This document shows, one piece after another, positions 1 to 11,501 of a DNA stretch of 32,996 bases; positions within the stretch are counted from its first letter, which is position 1, and each line of letters begins with the position of its first letter. The notes below the pieces were generated by a model. The model had not been told where the DNA came from and ran no database searches. It worked only from the letters and a program-made list of their open reading frames with translations. The position numbers were made by a program, and so were the translations under genes. Source of the DNA: Octopus bimaculoides. Its lineage: Eukaryota. Where the stretch lies: contig NC_068983.1 in NCBI RefSeq assembly GCF_001194135.2, positions 32,772,788 to 32,805,783 on the forward strand, given 5' to 3'.

Positions 1-1
1 C

Positions 2-667
2 ACCCTGGCCAACATGATTTCCACCAAGGCGTTCTATAGAGGTTTAGTGGAGGGGAGGTCCGACGACGTTCTCGGCGCGAATCTGGGCGTCGACCGGGAA
101 TATCTGACCCGTCTCTTCAGGACCACTTTCGGGCCGGGGCCTATGGACAACTTCCAGAGATCCCTGGCCTGGCACTGTTATCCAGAAGCACTAACCGTTC
201 GGGATAAGTTCTACAGACACGGATCGAGACACGCCGCCGGTTCGACCTGCCTGAGGTGCCGGTAGGACGACGAGACCGTCCTGCATGCCCTCGTGCAGTG
301 TCCTCATATATTGAATTTGTGGAACTATGTCGAACGACTGCCGTCACGTGTAGAGCCGACCGTTCTGTCGACTAAGTCCATTGTGAATATTGTCCCGCCA
401 CCTTCCTTTAACTGGGAAGGCACAGCGGCATTCATCACCTTGTTGGTTATGGCTAAAGAGTGTATATGGTGGACCAGAATGAAAGGACTAGAGACGAATA
501 CTTTCCTTTCTGGCCAACCTCTAATTAACTTCTTCAAGTACAACTTGAAAAGGAAGATTAGAGTAGAGAGGGAAGTGGTCTCGTGTAAATGTTTCGATAA
601 AAAGTGGGTGAATGTAGCAAGAATGGTCCGTGTGAATGACGGACCCAATCTAAGCATAACTCTGTAG
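2..667 (+). mobile_element. Tx1/L1-clade non-LTR retrotransposon, ORF2 C-terminal region (zf-RVT-like segment and CCHC zinc knuckle), one in-frame stop
   Basis: ORFs 14..265 and 293..667 share a frame and are separated only by TAG 263-265. Read-through gives SLAWHCYPEALTVRDKFYRHG...TCLRCR*DDETVLHALVQCPHILNLW, i.e. C-x2-C-x8-H-x4-C plus the upstream W..L..RD.L motif of L1/Tx1 ORF2. The element continues off the window's left edge. Confidence 0.85.
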
Positions 668-688
668 AAGAAAAGGAGAGAATGAGAG

Positions 689-816
689 NNNNNNNNNNNN
701 NNNNNNNNNNNNNNNNNNNNNNNNNNNNNNNNNNNNNNNNNNNNNNNNNNNNNNNNNNNNNNNNNNNNNNNNNNNNNNNNNNNNNNNNNNNNNNNNNNNN
801 NNNNNNNNNNNNNNNN
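689..816. other. Assembly gap
   Basis: Run of N. Confidence 1.
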
Positions 817-871
817 AAATTCTACATTGTATTGTTCCCTCTATATTGAGACCTGTGTGTCTAATAAAAGA

Positions 872-872
872 A

Positions 873-924
<52 letters not shown>
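872..924. repeat. (TATC)n microsatellite
   Basis: Direct reading of tandem ATCT units. Confidence 0.95.
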
Positions 925-954
925 CCGCGCGCACACACACACACATATATATAG

Positions 955-1320
955 CCTGGGGCTATAGTAGAAGACACTTGCCCTAAGTGCCACTGTATGG
1001 CACCTCCAGCAAGTGTTTTCTACTATAATCTAGGGCAGACCAAAACCTTATGAGTGAATTTGGCATATGGAAACTGAAAGAAGTCCATCGTATATATATA
1101 TATAGTGTATGTATGTGTCTGTGTGTGTGACCACTGCTTAACAGTCGGTATTGATGTGTTTATGTCCTTGTAGCTTAGCTATTTGGCAAAAGTGACCAGT
1201 AGAATAAGTACCAGACTTAAAATCTGTATTGAGGTCGATTCATTCGACTAAAATTTCTTCAAAGCGATGCTCCAGCATGGTTTCAGTCTAAAGGATGAAA
1301 CAAGTTACAGATAACAGAGT
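955..1320 (+). mobile_element. tRNA-derived composite SINE (family B here) with internal (TA)/(TG) microsatellite; 5' end replaced by a fold-back
   Basis: Blocks gcaagtgttttctactata...ggaaactgaaagaagtccatcgtatata, microsatellite, then tagaataagtacc...gaggtcgattcattcgactaa...gctccagcatgg. Homologous blocks recur at 12715 (+), 24655 (+) and 26458-26845 (-). Confidence 0.8.
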
Positions 1321-1384
1321 ACTTTTCGATTACTTTTGGATGAAGAAATAGATGTAATTATTCTTACTCACTCGCATACTCATA

Positions 1385-1421
<37 letters not shown>

Positions 1422-1464
1422 CATTTATATATGCAAACATATATATATATATATATATATATAT
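1385..1464. repeat. Compound (TACA)/(CA)n/(TA)n microsatellite
   Basis: Direct reading. Confidence 0.95.
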
Positions 1465-1760
1465 TTGCGAAAAATGACCAAAAGAGGATGAAGGAGAGAG
1501 AGAGTAAATCTACGTGGTAGAGAATAACAAATTGATTAATAGCTTCACTTCGTCTCAAATAAAATATATTTTGTACGTATATGTTGAAGAATCTTGTGTA
1601 AACGTATCGTTATGATACCAGACAACGAGGTGAACTGTTGGCTGTTCGTTCCCTGTCACTTGAGTTGCCCTCTCTGTGGTTGTAATCAATATGTGACTCA
1701 GTCACCTTAAGGTTTCTGAGATATCTCAGTTTATATAGATTTTAATATCCAATATTGAGT

Positions 1761-1918
1761 AAGGCGGCGAGCGGGTAGAAACGTTATCACGACTAGCAAA
1801 TTGCTTAGTGACATTTCGTTCTGACTTCAAATTCCGCTGAGGTCGACTTTGCCTTTCATTCTTTCGGGAACGATAAAATAAGAACTGGTTGAGCACTGGG
1901 GTCAATGCAATCGAATTA
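1761..1918 (+). mobile_element. tRNA-derived SINE, family A
   Basis: Head aaggcggcgagc..., B-box-like (g)acttcaaattcc, body gaggtcgactttgcctttcattctttcgg...gataaaataag. Same blocks at 4770, 11300 (-) and 18171. Confidence 0.85.
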
Positions 1919-3016
1919 TGGAACCCAGTGTAAAGTTAAAGTGCCTTTTCTTAACCAGCTACAGTAAGCTCAACAGACAATTATATCACTATGGCCCTTG
2001 TCATCTTGCAATGAAAGCAAAATGCTCAACAGTACAACTATGTACCACTTGTTCGATGAGTTCATGAAATTATTGTCTGAGTAAGAGTGCAAATTATTTC
2101 ATTTAATTAAATATACTTATATGATTGATGAGAAAATATAATTGTAGCAAACATGGTTATTTAATGGTTATTTATGCGGTTTGAAAAAAAGTACATATAA
2201 TTAATTATTCTTAACACATTTTGCATTAAAAATACACTTGTTTCAGCTAAAGTTAAATTACACAAACTTCCGGTCATTAAGCTAAATCTATCGAAAGACA
2301 CAGAAATGGCCAATAGAATTTTAACAAAGTATATTTTAAAAATAAATTTCGTCGCTGTAAGTACATAGTGCCATCCTTCCCTGAATTATTTACTAATGAG
2401 GAATATTTCAGTTAATGTGACATAAAGTTTCTCAAGATCTACAGAATAATCCACTAAGCAGTGTAGCAAATTTATAACTCTTCGATGCAATTTCTAGTAG
2501 CTGAAGCATTTTTTATCACTTTACATGAATCAATATGCCTCTCTCTTAAATACATAGAACTTTAGATTAAAGCAGCGTTGTTTGCCTACGTTCGGGATCG
2601 ACTAGCAGATATACAACTTCGAATTGACCTCCTCCGAGATTAAGCGCTTTTGTTATCACAACAGCCCACCTACATAACGAGATATGGTCAAGAGGCTCTT
2701 TTTGTCAATACTCTGACATTGTATCTCTTAAGCCAAGGAAACACACAATGCTCTCCTAGATATTTGGCGAAATTTTATCAATGATGAGTTACAGGCACTG
2801 ATTAAAAAGTAGATTTTATGCTTAACACGTTATGTCTTGTTTTTTTACAAATATTTTCATATTTCTCGTAAATCATTCCTTGTAAACTTCAATCGGGAAC
2901 GAAGGACCCAATGCAGACTTTTCACTAACTAGAAGTAGCAGCAAAATTTTCTTTAAATTTGTTCATGTTGTTTTAGCACATGTCTAACAGGCATGAAAAC
3001 AAGCTATATATATATA

Positions 3017-3766
3017 NNNNNNNNNNNNNNNNNNNNNNNNNNNNNNNNNNNNNNNNNNNNNNNNNNNNNNNNNNNNNNNNNNNNNNNNNNNNNNNNNNNN
3101 NNNNNNNNNNNNNNNNNNNNNNNNNNNNNNNNNNNNNNNNNNNNNNNNNNNNNNNNNNNNNNNNNNNNNNNNNNNNNNNNNNNNNNNNNNNNNNNNNNNN
3201 NNNNNNNNNNNNNNNNNNNNNNNNNNNNNNNNNNNNNNNNNNNNNNNNNNNNNNNNNNNNNNNNNNNNNNNNNNNNNNNNNNNNNNNNNNNNNNNNNNNN
3301 NNNNNNNNNNNNNNNNNNNNNNNNNNNNNNNNNNNNNNNNNNNNNNNNNNNNNNNNNNNNNNNNNNNNNNNNNNNNNNNNNNNNNNNNNNNNNNNNNNNN
3401 NNNNNNNNNNNNNNNNNNNNNNNNNNNNNNNNNNNNNNNNNNNNNNNNNNNNNNNNNNNNNNNNNNNNNNNNNNNNNNNNNNNNNNNNNNNNNNNNNNNN
3501 NNNNNNNNNNNNNNNNNNNNNNNNNNNNNNNNNNNNNNNNNNNNNNNNNNNNNNNNNNNNNNNNNNNNNNNNNNNNNNNNNNNNNNNNNNNNNNNNNNNN
3601 NNNNNNNNNNNNNNNNNNNNNNNNNNNNNNNNNNNNNNNNNNNNNNNNNNNNNNNNNNNNNNNNNNNNNNNNNNNNNNNNNNNNNNNNNNNNNNNNNNNN
3701 NNNNNNNNNNNNNNNNNNNNNNNNNNNNNNNNNNNNNNNNNNNNNNNNNNNNNNNNNNNNNNNNNN
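3017..3766. other. Assembly gap
   Basis: Run of N flanked by (TA)n. Confidence 1.
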
Positions 3767-4176
3767 TATATTATCACGTTCTTCTTCATCGTTTTCTTTT
3801 GTTCTCTCTTCTCTCTTCTTGCCTTTGTTTCTTTCGTCTGATTTTACTCTTCTGTTTTATTACTCTCTGAGGTGTGTGTGTGTGTGTGCATGTGTGTGTG
3901 TATGAATGAGAACGTGTTTGTGTGTGTTCTTGTTCTAGGGTACGCACTTGAGTCTTTTCCTCTTCCAACGCTCCTAGTCAAAAGCCAACATGTAAATTAA
4001 GGATTCAACAAATCATGTGTACTAGCTACTAGTATCACCACTTTTATAGATCACTGTATCTATAACTGTTGTCCAGTATTCTGCTGTTCGAGGAACCGAC
4101 TGTGTCGGGCTACTCTAGAATAACATGCCACTGGATCGCATTAGATAAACTATATATATATATATGTATGAATGTA

Positions 4177-4545
4177 CAGAGTGCGATGGGTAAACTGTCG
4201 CCATGTTATATTTTTAATTTTGTGCATGCACATTGTTTGTTTTTGATTTTGTTGACTATGCAGTATAGTAGAGTTAGTTGGGCACCGACTGTGAGAAGAA
4301 CAGCATCATGACACAATTTACGCTGCCAGAAACTTGAAAACGACATACTGTATTGCTTGGCAATCGCGCCGAAAGCTCCAATATGAACATTTCAGAGTAT
4401 TTGGGTGTAAATCTGAGGACAGTTCAGAAGAGTTGGATGAGTCTAATGGTGATTAGGAAGTACGGGGGCTCGGCCATCGCCAGGGCATGGGAGTGTCTAA
4501 GTTTCTTATCAGGCATTATTAAAATGGCACATCATTTTCCATCAT
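4177..4545 (+). mobile_element. Tc1/mariner-superfamily remnant with degenerate transposase N-terminal HTH
   Basis: TA followed by cagagtgcgatggg (TIR-like start). From ATG 4308: MTQFTLPET*KRHTVLLGNRAESSNMNISEYLGVNLRTVQK, an HTH-like I+..LGV..RTVQ motif, then deletion. The 3' end is poorly defined. Confidence 0.55.
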
Positions 4546-4769
4546 AGAAAGACTTGAGGTCAGTTTTGCCGTTCAGACCAGGAAAATCGTTATAAAATAT
4601 AATACTCAATGGCAGCGCCGTTCGCAACATCTATGCTTCTGTTACTTGAAACCATGACAGTATCTTAATGACAAGTTGGAGAAAATTTTGGCTCGCTTAT
4701 ATCATGATTATATGATGATTATGCTAAATTCAAGAACATCATTGAATAACCATAATATTTTACAAAATC

Positions 4770-4950
4770 AGGCGGTGAGCTGGCAGAGTTGTTAGCACGC
4801 CGGGCGAAATGCTTTCGTATGCCGCTACGTTGTGAGTTCAAATTCCGCCGAGGTCGACTTTGCAAAGTACCAGTCATGCACTGGAGTCAATGTAATGGAC
4901 TTATCCCACAAAATTTTCAAGGCCCTGTGCCTAGAGTAGAAATAATAATA
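4770..4950 (+). mobile_element. tRNA-derived SINE, family A (internal deletion)
   Basis: aggcggtgagctggcagagttgttagcacgccgggcg (A-box-like), gagttcaaattcc (B box), gaggtcgactttgc, tail ggccctgtgcctagagtagaaataataata. Confidence 0.9.
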
Positions 4951-5844
4951 TTTGATAAAATCAACAAAGATAATTAAGAGAAATAATTAATATTTTGGAA
5001 CTGATATTTTGTTTTCTATTTTTCAAAAAATACGAGATATTATTCTGGGCATGATTTTCCCCTGCCCAACAGTGCATTCTAAGTGATATTTGTATTAAGC
5101 AAATCTTAAAATTAGCTAAGGAAATTGCGATGTAAATAGACAGAAATGAAAATTTATTGGTATGGAAAATATTTTTTTAAATTGTTTAAAAATTAAACAC
5201 AATTTTCACGTATTTTTCTCTGAAACTAGAATTTAAAAAAAGCTAACAAATAGTAGCTAGCGCGTAATATTTAATGTAAGAATGGTGTGTGCTTGCTCGC
5301 AAACTGTTCAAAGGCCAGTTCTTAATGCGCTATTGCTCCTTATAAATTTGTCATTCGCAGATTACTCTTATCTCTCAATTGTAAAGTTTTCTTCATTTCA
5401 TATATATTCCATATCTTGGAAGAATTCAAAGACGCAATCATTGAAAACGCACGTGCTTTTCATTAATCTACGCACATGCACACATAATAGAAAATCTTTG
5501 AAGAGAGAGGAAATCATTTGAATGTGAAAAGGAGGTAGGAATTCTTGGCGAAATGTTTTTCAGTTTGTGGATCGCTCTTGAGAGAAGATGTATTTAACTT
5601 CCTACCTCAGACCATTACATAAAATATTCATCTGTTATATTGCAGTCGGAAACTTTTTAAGCAATCTGAAGCATAGAAATATGGTGTCTACAAATATACA
5701 AATTAGGCTATTCACTGTGGTAACTGTCTAATAACTGATTGCTGTATATCGTAACTGCTTAAACTATGCTATCGACTAGGGAAAGAAATTAGGTACGCCT
5801 CTTTTCCGAACAGTCAGAACACCCTGAAACGGTACATATATTCA

Positions 5845-5955
5845 TATGCACACACATGTATGTATGTATGTATGTATGTATGTATGCATGTATGTATGTA
5901 TTTATGTATGTACCTCTCTCTCTCTCTCTCTGTACATATATATATATATATATAT
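5845..5955. repeat. Compound (TATG)n/(CT)n/(TA)n microsatellite
   Basis: Direct reading. Confidence 0.95.
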
Positions 5956-7084
5956 CATCTGTCCACCCACACACCATCATCCATACGCCAAAGTCACTAG
6001 CCCCTATCCACACACACATACTTACACACTTTCACATACACAAACGCACGCGCACCTTCGTTTTGGGATCACCAAAACATTAATATCTCCCCTTATTGCT
6101 AGCTCTCCCATCCAACTACCTTTTTCCAACCAGTCGCCACAATAAAGTGACGGCTATACCTGTTTCCTTTGAGTTCTAAACTGAGATTATCCACGTTATT
6201 AATTTATATATTGATATATATGAGAAAGGAAAATGATGTATTATCCCTTCCAGAAAACGAATTTTATGTCTGCTGCAAACCGTAAAGCATTGCTATCCAT
6301 TACACGAAGGGGAAGACCGAAAATGTATTTCACTATTTGTTAAGCACTAATATAGCGAAATTAAAAGCAATCGCTCAACCCGATAGAAACAGTTGGTGAA
6401 TAATTTCCCTCAAATCAAAATACATGAAGTATTCCGATATTATAGAGGTCCCGAAAAGATTCAGTGTAAGTAATGGAAACTTATATAATCGGCCGATAAA
6501 ATTAGAAAATAAATTCAGACTTAATAATTATGTATGAAGGATTAAGTCAGAAAATCATGTTTACAAATCGAAATGTTGTTTATATCATCGGTTGAAAGTA
6601 TAGTTTCATAAATGTTGTGTTTGTTGTCCGTTCAAAGGCTACCATTTATAAATATTCACCCAAGCAAGTCAATGCAATGCAACATAACAAATATTACATC
6701 ACAAATATTACACCATGCTTTACGAAAGTTTGACATTTGTAAATAATTAATTAATTTCAAGTTATCATTAGCAATATTTGTATTTGCAAATAAATTCAAG
6801 GCCGGATATTGAAAATATTTAATAAAACATGATAATACAGAGTTGTCCTTGTTTGACAAGTAACTTGAAATACCAATTAGTAGTTCATTTATTAGAAGTT
6901 TTGTTTTCTAATGTCTCAGTGACTCCAATTTTATAGAAGTAGCACACATTTAACCATACGATTGTTACATCAGGGGTGATCTAATGATAAATCTAAGTAC
7001 ATATTTCGATGTTTTACTAATCGAGGTATCGTAAATCCTAATTTAATATGGAGTACTTAGTGTTTGTGAAAACGAATATTGCAT

Positions 7085-7260
7085 GGGAGTTTATGGTTTC
7101 GATTTCTTGACCCGGTGGTGAGTTGACTTCTTGAGAAAAACATTTCATTTCACGTGGCTTCAGTTCATTAAGCTGTAAATGAGTAACCCTCTACGCACAA
7201 GTGTCTCGGTCAGAGATATGATTGACCTCGGTCACTTGTATGCCATCGAAGTCGGATACT
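7085..7260 (+). mobile_element. Degenerate SINE, family C (CORE-like central block)
   Basis: ggtttcgatttc (B-box-like) then ttgagaaaaacatttcatttcacgtggcttcagttcattaagctgtaaatgagt, homologous to 24240-24290 and 24910-24960. Confidence 0.6.
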
Positions 7261-7467
7261 CAGCTTTAAGAGTCTTAGGTGGGAAATTTTGGTGGGAGGA
7301 GGATAAGCGATAATATCAACGTCGGTCTTCTACTGATAGGATGAAATCCAACGTTGACGTTGATGATATTTGAGCAGTCAGAACGTAAAGCTGGATGAAA
7401 TGCCGCCATTTTTGTCTGGCATGGTAACGATTCTGCTAGGTCACCGTGTTTTTGGATTTAAAAATTA

Positions 7468-8097
7468 ATAGACTACCCGAGACCCTTTGGGTCAGTGACA
7501 GTTCAAGTTATAAAGCATTGAAGCTGACTGAAACATTACATTGAAAAGAAAGTTAATTTTATGGTGATTCAGTTAAATATTTCAATTCGTTCGTGTTATC
7601 ATAGATTTACAAATTCATGTTTAAGGTTTTATTGATTATGTACAGTATTTAATAGAAATAGAACTTCCGAGATAAACTTGAACTTCAGTAACAGCAGTTA
7701 TTTATGGAATATCTGCACACTTCTGCAAAAATGTAAAAGGAATTGGTATATAACGTAAACATAAAATTAATGGAAACAATCTTGACAGTATTATATATTC
7801 CCATTACAGGGTTATGTTACTTTCGGAGTATTTTCCCATTATGCACCATTTTAGCTATTCATGAAGGTACCCCACACAAAAAACCCCCCGCGTATCTCGA
7901 GAATCCGTGATCCGATTTACGCGAAAATTGTTTTATTCCGTTTGTATTCACATCTTAGAGGTACTTTACTTTCAGAGTATTTTTCCCATTATGCGCCGGT
8001 TTGGCTGTATTAAATTACAAACAAGCACCCGAGAAAGCAAGCACGCAAGCAAACACAAAAGCAAGCAAGCAATCGCAGAGTTTTAGTAGTATATAGA
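7468..8097 (-). mobile_element. Non-autonomous Helitron (~630 bp)
   Basis: Minus strand begins A|TCTATATACTACTAAAA (5' TC after target A at 8098) followed by (TTGC)n. It has an internal direct repeat (7815-7860 vs 7965-8010) and a subterminal hairpin gaccc-ttt-gggtc (7481-7493). It ends CTAT|T, one substitution from CTAG|T. Confidence 0.7.
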
Positions 8098-8149
8098 TAA
8101 AGTGATACAAATTTGCAATTCAAATTACAATATTCTGCAGAAACGCTAT

Positions 8150-8450
8150 CTAAATGTGTGCTTTTCCACATTTTCATCTTTAAAGTATATATTTACTATA
8201 GAAGACAGAACTATTTCAACCTTGATACTTTTATCCTTTATCTACGCTCTACAGCGTTCCTTTTGCGATTGGATGTACGTTGGACAAACAGACAATTAGA
8301 CAGCTGACTGTCCGATTAGGCAGTGGATTACACATCGCTCAACATTTCCGATCCGACAACAACTCAGTACCTCTTGGTCTTCAGTTTGGTTCCTAAAACG
8401 GATATTGAAATTTTCGTTTCTAAAATCTTACAAACGTGACGGGTTAAATT
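8150..8450 (+). mobile_element. Penelope-like element fragment, GIY-YIG endonuclease C-terminus (Neptune/Poseidon-like)
   Basis: FTIEDR...FIYALQRSFCDWMYVGQT (IY 8240, YVG 8276), frameshift, RQLTVRL...HIAQHF...KILQT...GLN (8441-8449). This matches the IY..C..C...YVGQT.R.L..R...H...V..HF...L.T..P.GLN pattern. Confidence 0.7.
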
Positions 8451-8524
8451 CCTATCCTCAATTTCTTTAATCCTATTCCCACTCCTCCTCTACCTGCATC
8501 AGTCTTACACGCCATTCCTTGTGA

Positions 8525-8525
<1 letters not shown>

Positions 8526-8564
<39 letters not shown>

Positions 8565-8600
8565 TCACATATGTGTGTGTGTGTAAAGTACGTGTATGGT
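8526..8600. repeat. (TA)n and (TG)n microsatellite
   Basis: Direct reading. Confidence 0.95.
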
Positions 8601-9344
8601 TGTATATGTATGTATCGATATATCTTTCTATCTTTATGCATATATAAACACACACAAACATATACACACATTATATCCCACACAAAAGTGGGGCACTACC
8701 AGCCTTTGTTTCAACATGTGGTCTGTATCTCTGCATGCGCCGATGACCGTAATTAAAGTCTTGACGATAAGTATGTATTTACATAGTTAACAACTCCGTA
8801 TATTGGAGTAAATCTATATATATATATTCCCCGTGACTGCTGCTTGTAATGTAGCTTGAAGATTTGAATATCGCGAATGTTTACGTCAAATTGACAACTG
8901 TTTTATGTTTTGACATAATATTGATTGCAAAATGGAACGTAATTTCCATTCTGAAACTTTCATTAAATCTAATTGATCCCAGTAGAATATTCTAGGCACG
9001 AACTAAGAGATGGCTGTTAATGTTATACATGTAATTTAGACTTTTGTATTTGTTAGCTTTTCTTATGAATTATTCTTCAGGTTCCTTAAGCTTCCTCTGT
9101 TTTTCTGATGCAAAAATAGGATGATAATGGACTTCTCGTTAGCTGTTCTGAGTATTTCTGTTCCTAAGTTGCATACATGTACATACATACATACGCACGC
9201 CTGAACAAACACTGATACGCACGTATGCGCAAACACACACACGCACAAACACACTTATACACCATGTGTGTGTGTGTGTGCTCCAGTTGGCTGCAATCGG
9301 GATGCGTTTTACCACACTGCTCTAAGTTCCTTTGTCCTCCAGTA

Positions 9345-9435
9345 TATCTATCTATCTGTCTGTCTGTCTGTCTGTCTATCTTTGTGTGTCTGTCTATCTT
9401 TGTGTGTCTGTCTATTCTTCTATCTATCTGTCTGC
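9345..9435. repeat. (TCTA)/(TCTG)n compound microsatellite
   Basis: Direct reading. Confidence 0.9.
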
Positions 9436-9692
9436 ATATATACACGTTCACACATGTACGCTCACTCATATTATTCGTACCAATTATTTTATTTATGGCT
9501 ATATATGTTAGGCTGAAAGAAAGTACATAAAATAATTTGTGGGCGTTTGTGTTTCGTATTAAATCAAGTATTTCTATTGTTGAAGATTTGTGTAGATATG
9601 TTAGCATTTTTGTATTTGTGCTATCTGAAGTCAGTAGGTGGAGAAGTAGAAGTTCATAATGTTGTTATACATTTGTGTGTATCAATCTAAAG

Positions 9693-10040
9693 CAGTGGTT
9701 CTCAATCGGGGTCCATATGGACCCTGAGGGTCCGTATAAGATTCTGGGGTTCCTCAGTGGAAAATAGTGAATTGGAGATCCACAGTAGTTGTTTAAGAGC
9801 TCATGAAAAACAGTTTGCTTTCGATGTATGCGCTAGTACGTATTGCATGAAAGAGCTAGGTTTATTTCTCTAACATTTTACATAGTTCAAACTGTACAAG
9901 TTAATGTGTGAAAACCAAAAGAGGAATTTTGAAAGAAGTTTCTATAAAATTAGTTTAATCATTGAATGACTATGGAACCCACCTGAATAAAATTATAATC
10001 AAAGGGGTTTATAGGTACAACAAATCTCTGAGAAACCCAG
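9693..10040. mobile_element. hAT (Charlie-like) MITE, 348 bp
   Basis: Left end CAGTGGTTCTCAA, right end ctgagaaacccag (degenerate complement). Perfect 8-bp TSD ATCTAAAG at 9685-9692 and 10041-10048. Confidence 0.85.
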
Positions 10041-10244
10041 ATCTAAAGCAATATGTGAGCATGCGTATGAGTATGTCTGTGTGCATGAAGTATGTTAAAA
10101 CAAAGTGTGTACCAATGTTTTTCTGTGTGTTTGTGTTAGTAGATCATGAGCATGGTTTTGATTAATGCTTTTTGTATAATAATATCATTGTGTATGAATC
10201 TGTATGTGTTTCAGTGTATGTTTACAGTATTATGTATAAGATCA

Positions 10245-10365
10245 CGATGGTGAATTGGCAAAATCGCAGTTGCGTCCTGACTTGCGTATTTATTCCGACT
10301 CTACATTCTGAATTCAAATATCACTGACGCCAACTTCAACTTTCATTCCCCCTTAGATCAACTAA
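10245..10365 (+). mobile_element. Highly degenerate SINE family A
   Basis: gatggtgaattggcaaaatcg...acattctgaattcaaatatcactgacgccaacttcaactttcattcc aligns by eye to the family A head and body. Confidence 0.55.
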
Positions 10366-11299
10366 ATGATGTGCTTCTCAAGTATAAGAATCGATGTAAC
10401 CGAATAACATTTGCATTTGTTGCCTGGTGACTATTTCAAAAACAATTATGCGTGTGAGAGTTATTTGTTAGTATAAAATAGTTGAGAAAAATCAAACGCA
10501 TTTATTTTAAAGAAGTATACACTCGATCATATAATTTCTATGCTTGGAATCTAATATATGTTCATGGTAGAAACAACGTAAAATGTCTCACTTTTTCCCC
10601 TTTATATTACGCTTTTAGCTGTCAAAAATTATCTGCATAAGAATGGTTTTAATATGCATCATTCAGAAGATTTCATGATAAAATGCATTTAATCTTATTT
10701 TCTTCAAGGTGAACCTTTGTTTTCATTCTTCGTTTTGCTTATTTTACTTTGAAACTGTTGACGAGAAAGATTAATGTGTAGAAGGGAACACGAGTGTAGT
10801 AGAACAATATTATCACGGAAATAAACAGATTACATGCTGATCTAACAAGAAAGTATTTGTGCGATCACGCTACATGCTAGAAATTTTCAACAAATTCCCT
10901 TGAAATCATCGAATCAACTGAAGAAAAAACATCTCTCTACCGCTAAAAAAACAAAATGAAGTATATATTAGATAATGAAGACCGAAACGCACTCCTAAAA
11001 TACGTCAGAGCTAGAATATCTTTAACCATAGATATAAAAAACAATGACAATAACAGCAAAAGAATAACATTGCATGTTTAGAAATTATTTTCTCGGAATC
11101 AGAAGGATGGAAAGTAAATACCATCTACGTTGGATTTCGACTGAGAAATGTGCTTTGCGGTTCAACGATAAAATCTGTGCGATAAAACCTTCTAGAATAG
11201 AATAGTTTAAATTAAGGGAACTATCTTATTAATTTAAGATGAGAAAACAAACTTTCTATCGGTAACGAAATTTCACAGCAAATATATATATTGATTTCA

Positions 11300-11501
11300 A
11301 ACTGTAGCATAGGGCAAAGTTCGAGCAAGAGATTAAGTCGATTATATCGACTCCTGTGCTCAACTGGTACTTATTTAATCGAATTCAAAAGGAACAAAAG
11401 TAAAGTTGACCTCGATAGAATATAAACTCAGAAAATAAAGACGGACGAAATGCTGCCAAGCATTTCTCCCGCTCTGCTAACGATTCTGTCAGTTCGCCGC
11501 C
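11300..11501 (-). mobile_element. tRNA-derived SINE, family A, near full length
   Basis: Reverse complement reads ggcggcgaactgacagaatcgttagcag...ttctgagtttatattc...gaggtcaactttac...gattaaataagtaccagttgagcacaggagtcgatataatcgac. Confidence 0.85.

Noticed and set aside
2565-2765. Minus-strand peptides LNLGGGQFEVVY (kinase P-loop or Hsp70-like) and GEHCVFPW (FN2-like)
   Set aside because: Short motifs bounded by stops, in different frames, without convincing splice sites or further domain residues.
2980-3870. Long ORFs of 260-296 aa (also 31976-32306)
   Set aside because: They are open only because they span N gaps.
6254-6326. Possible exon encoding ...ITRRGRPK (AT-hook-like)
   Set aside because: Good acceptor but weak donor, and no link to other exons.
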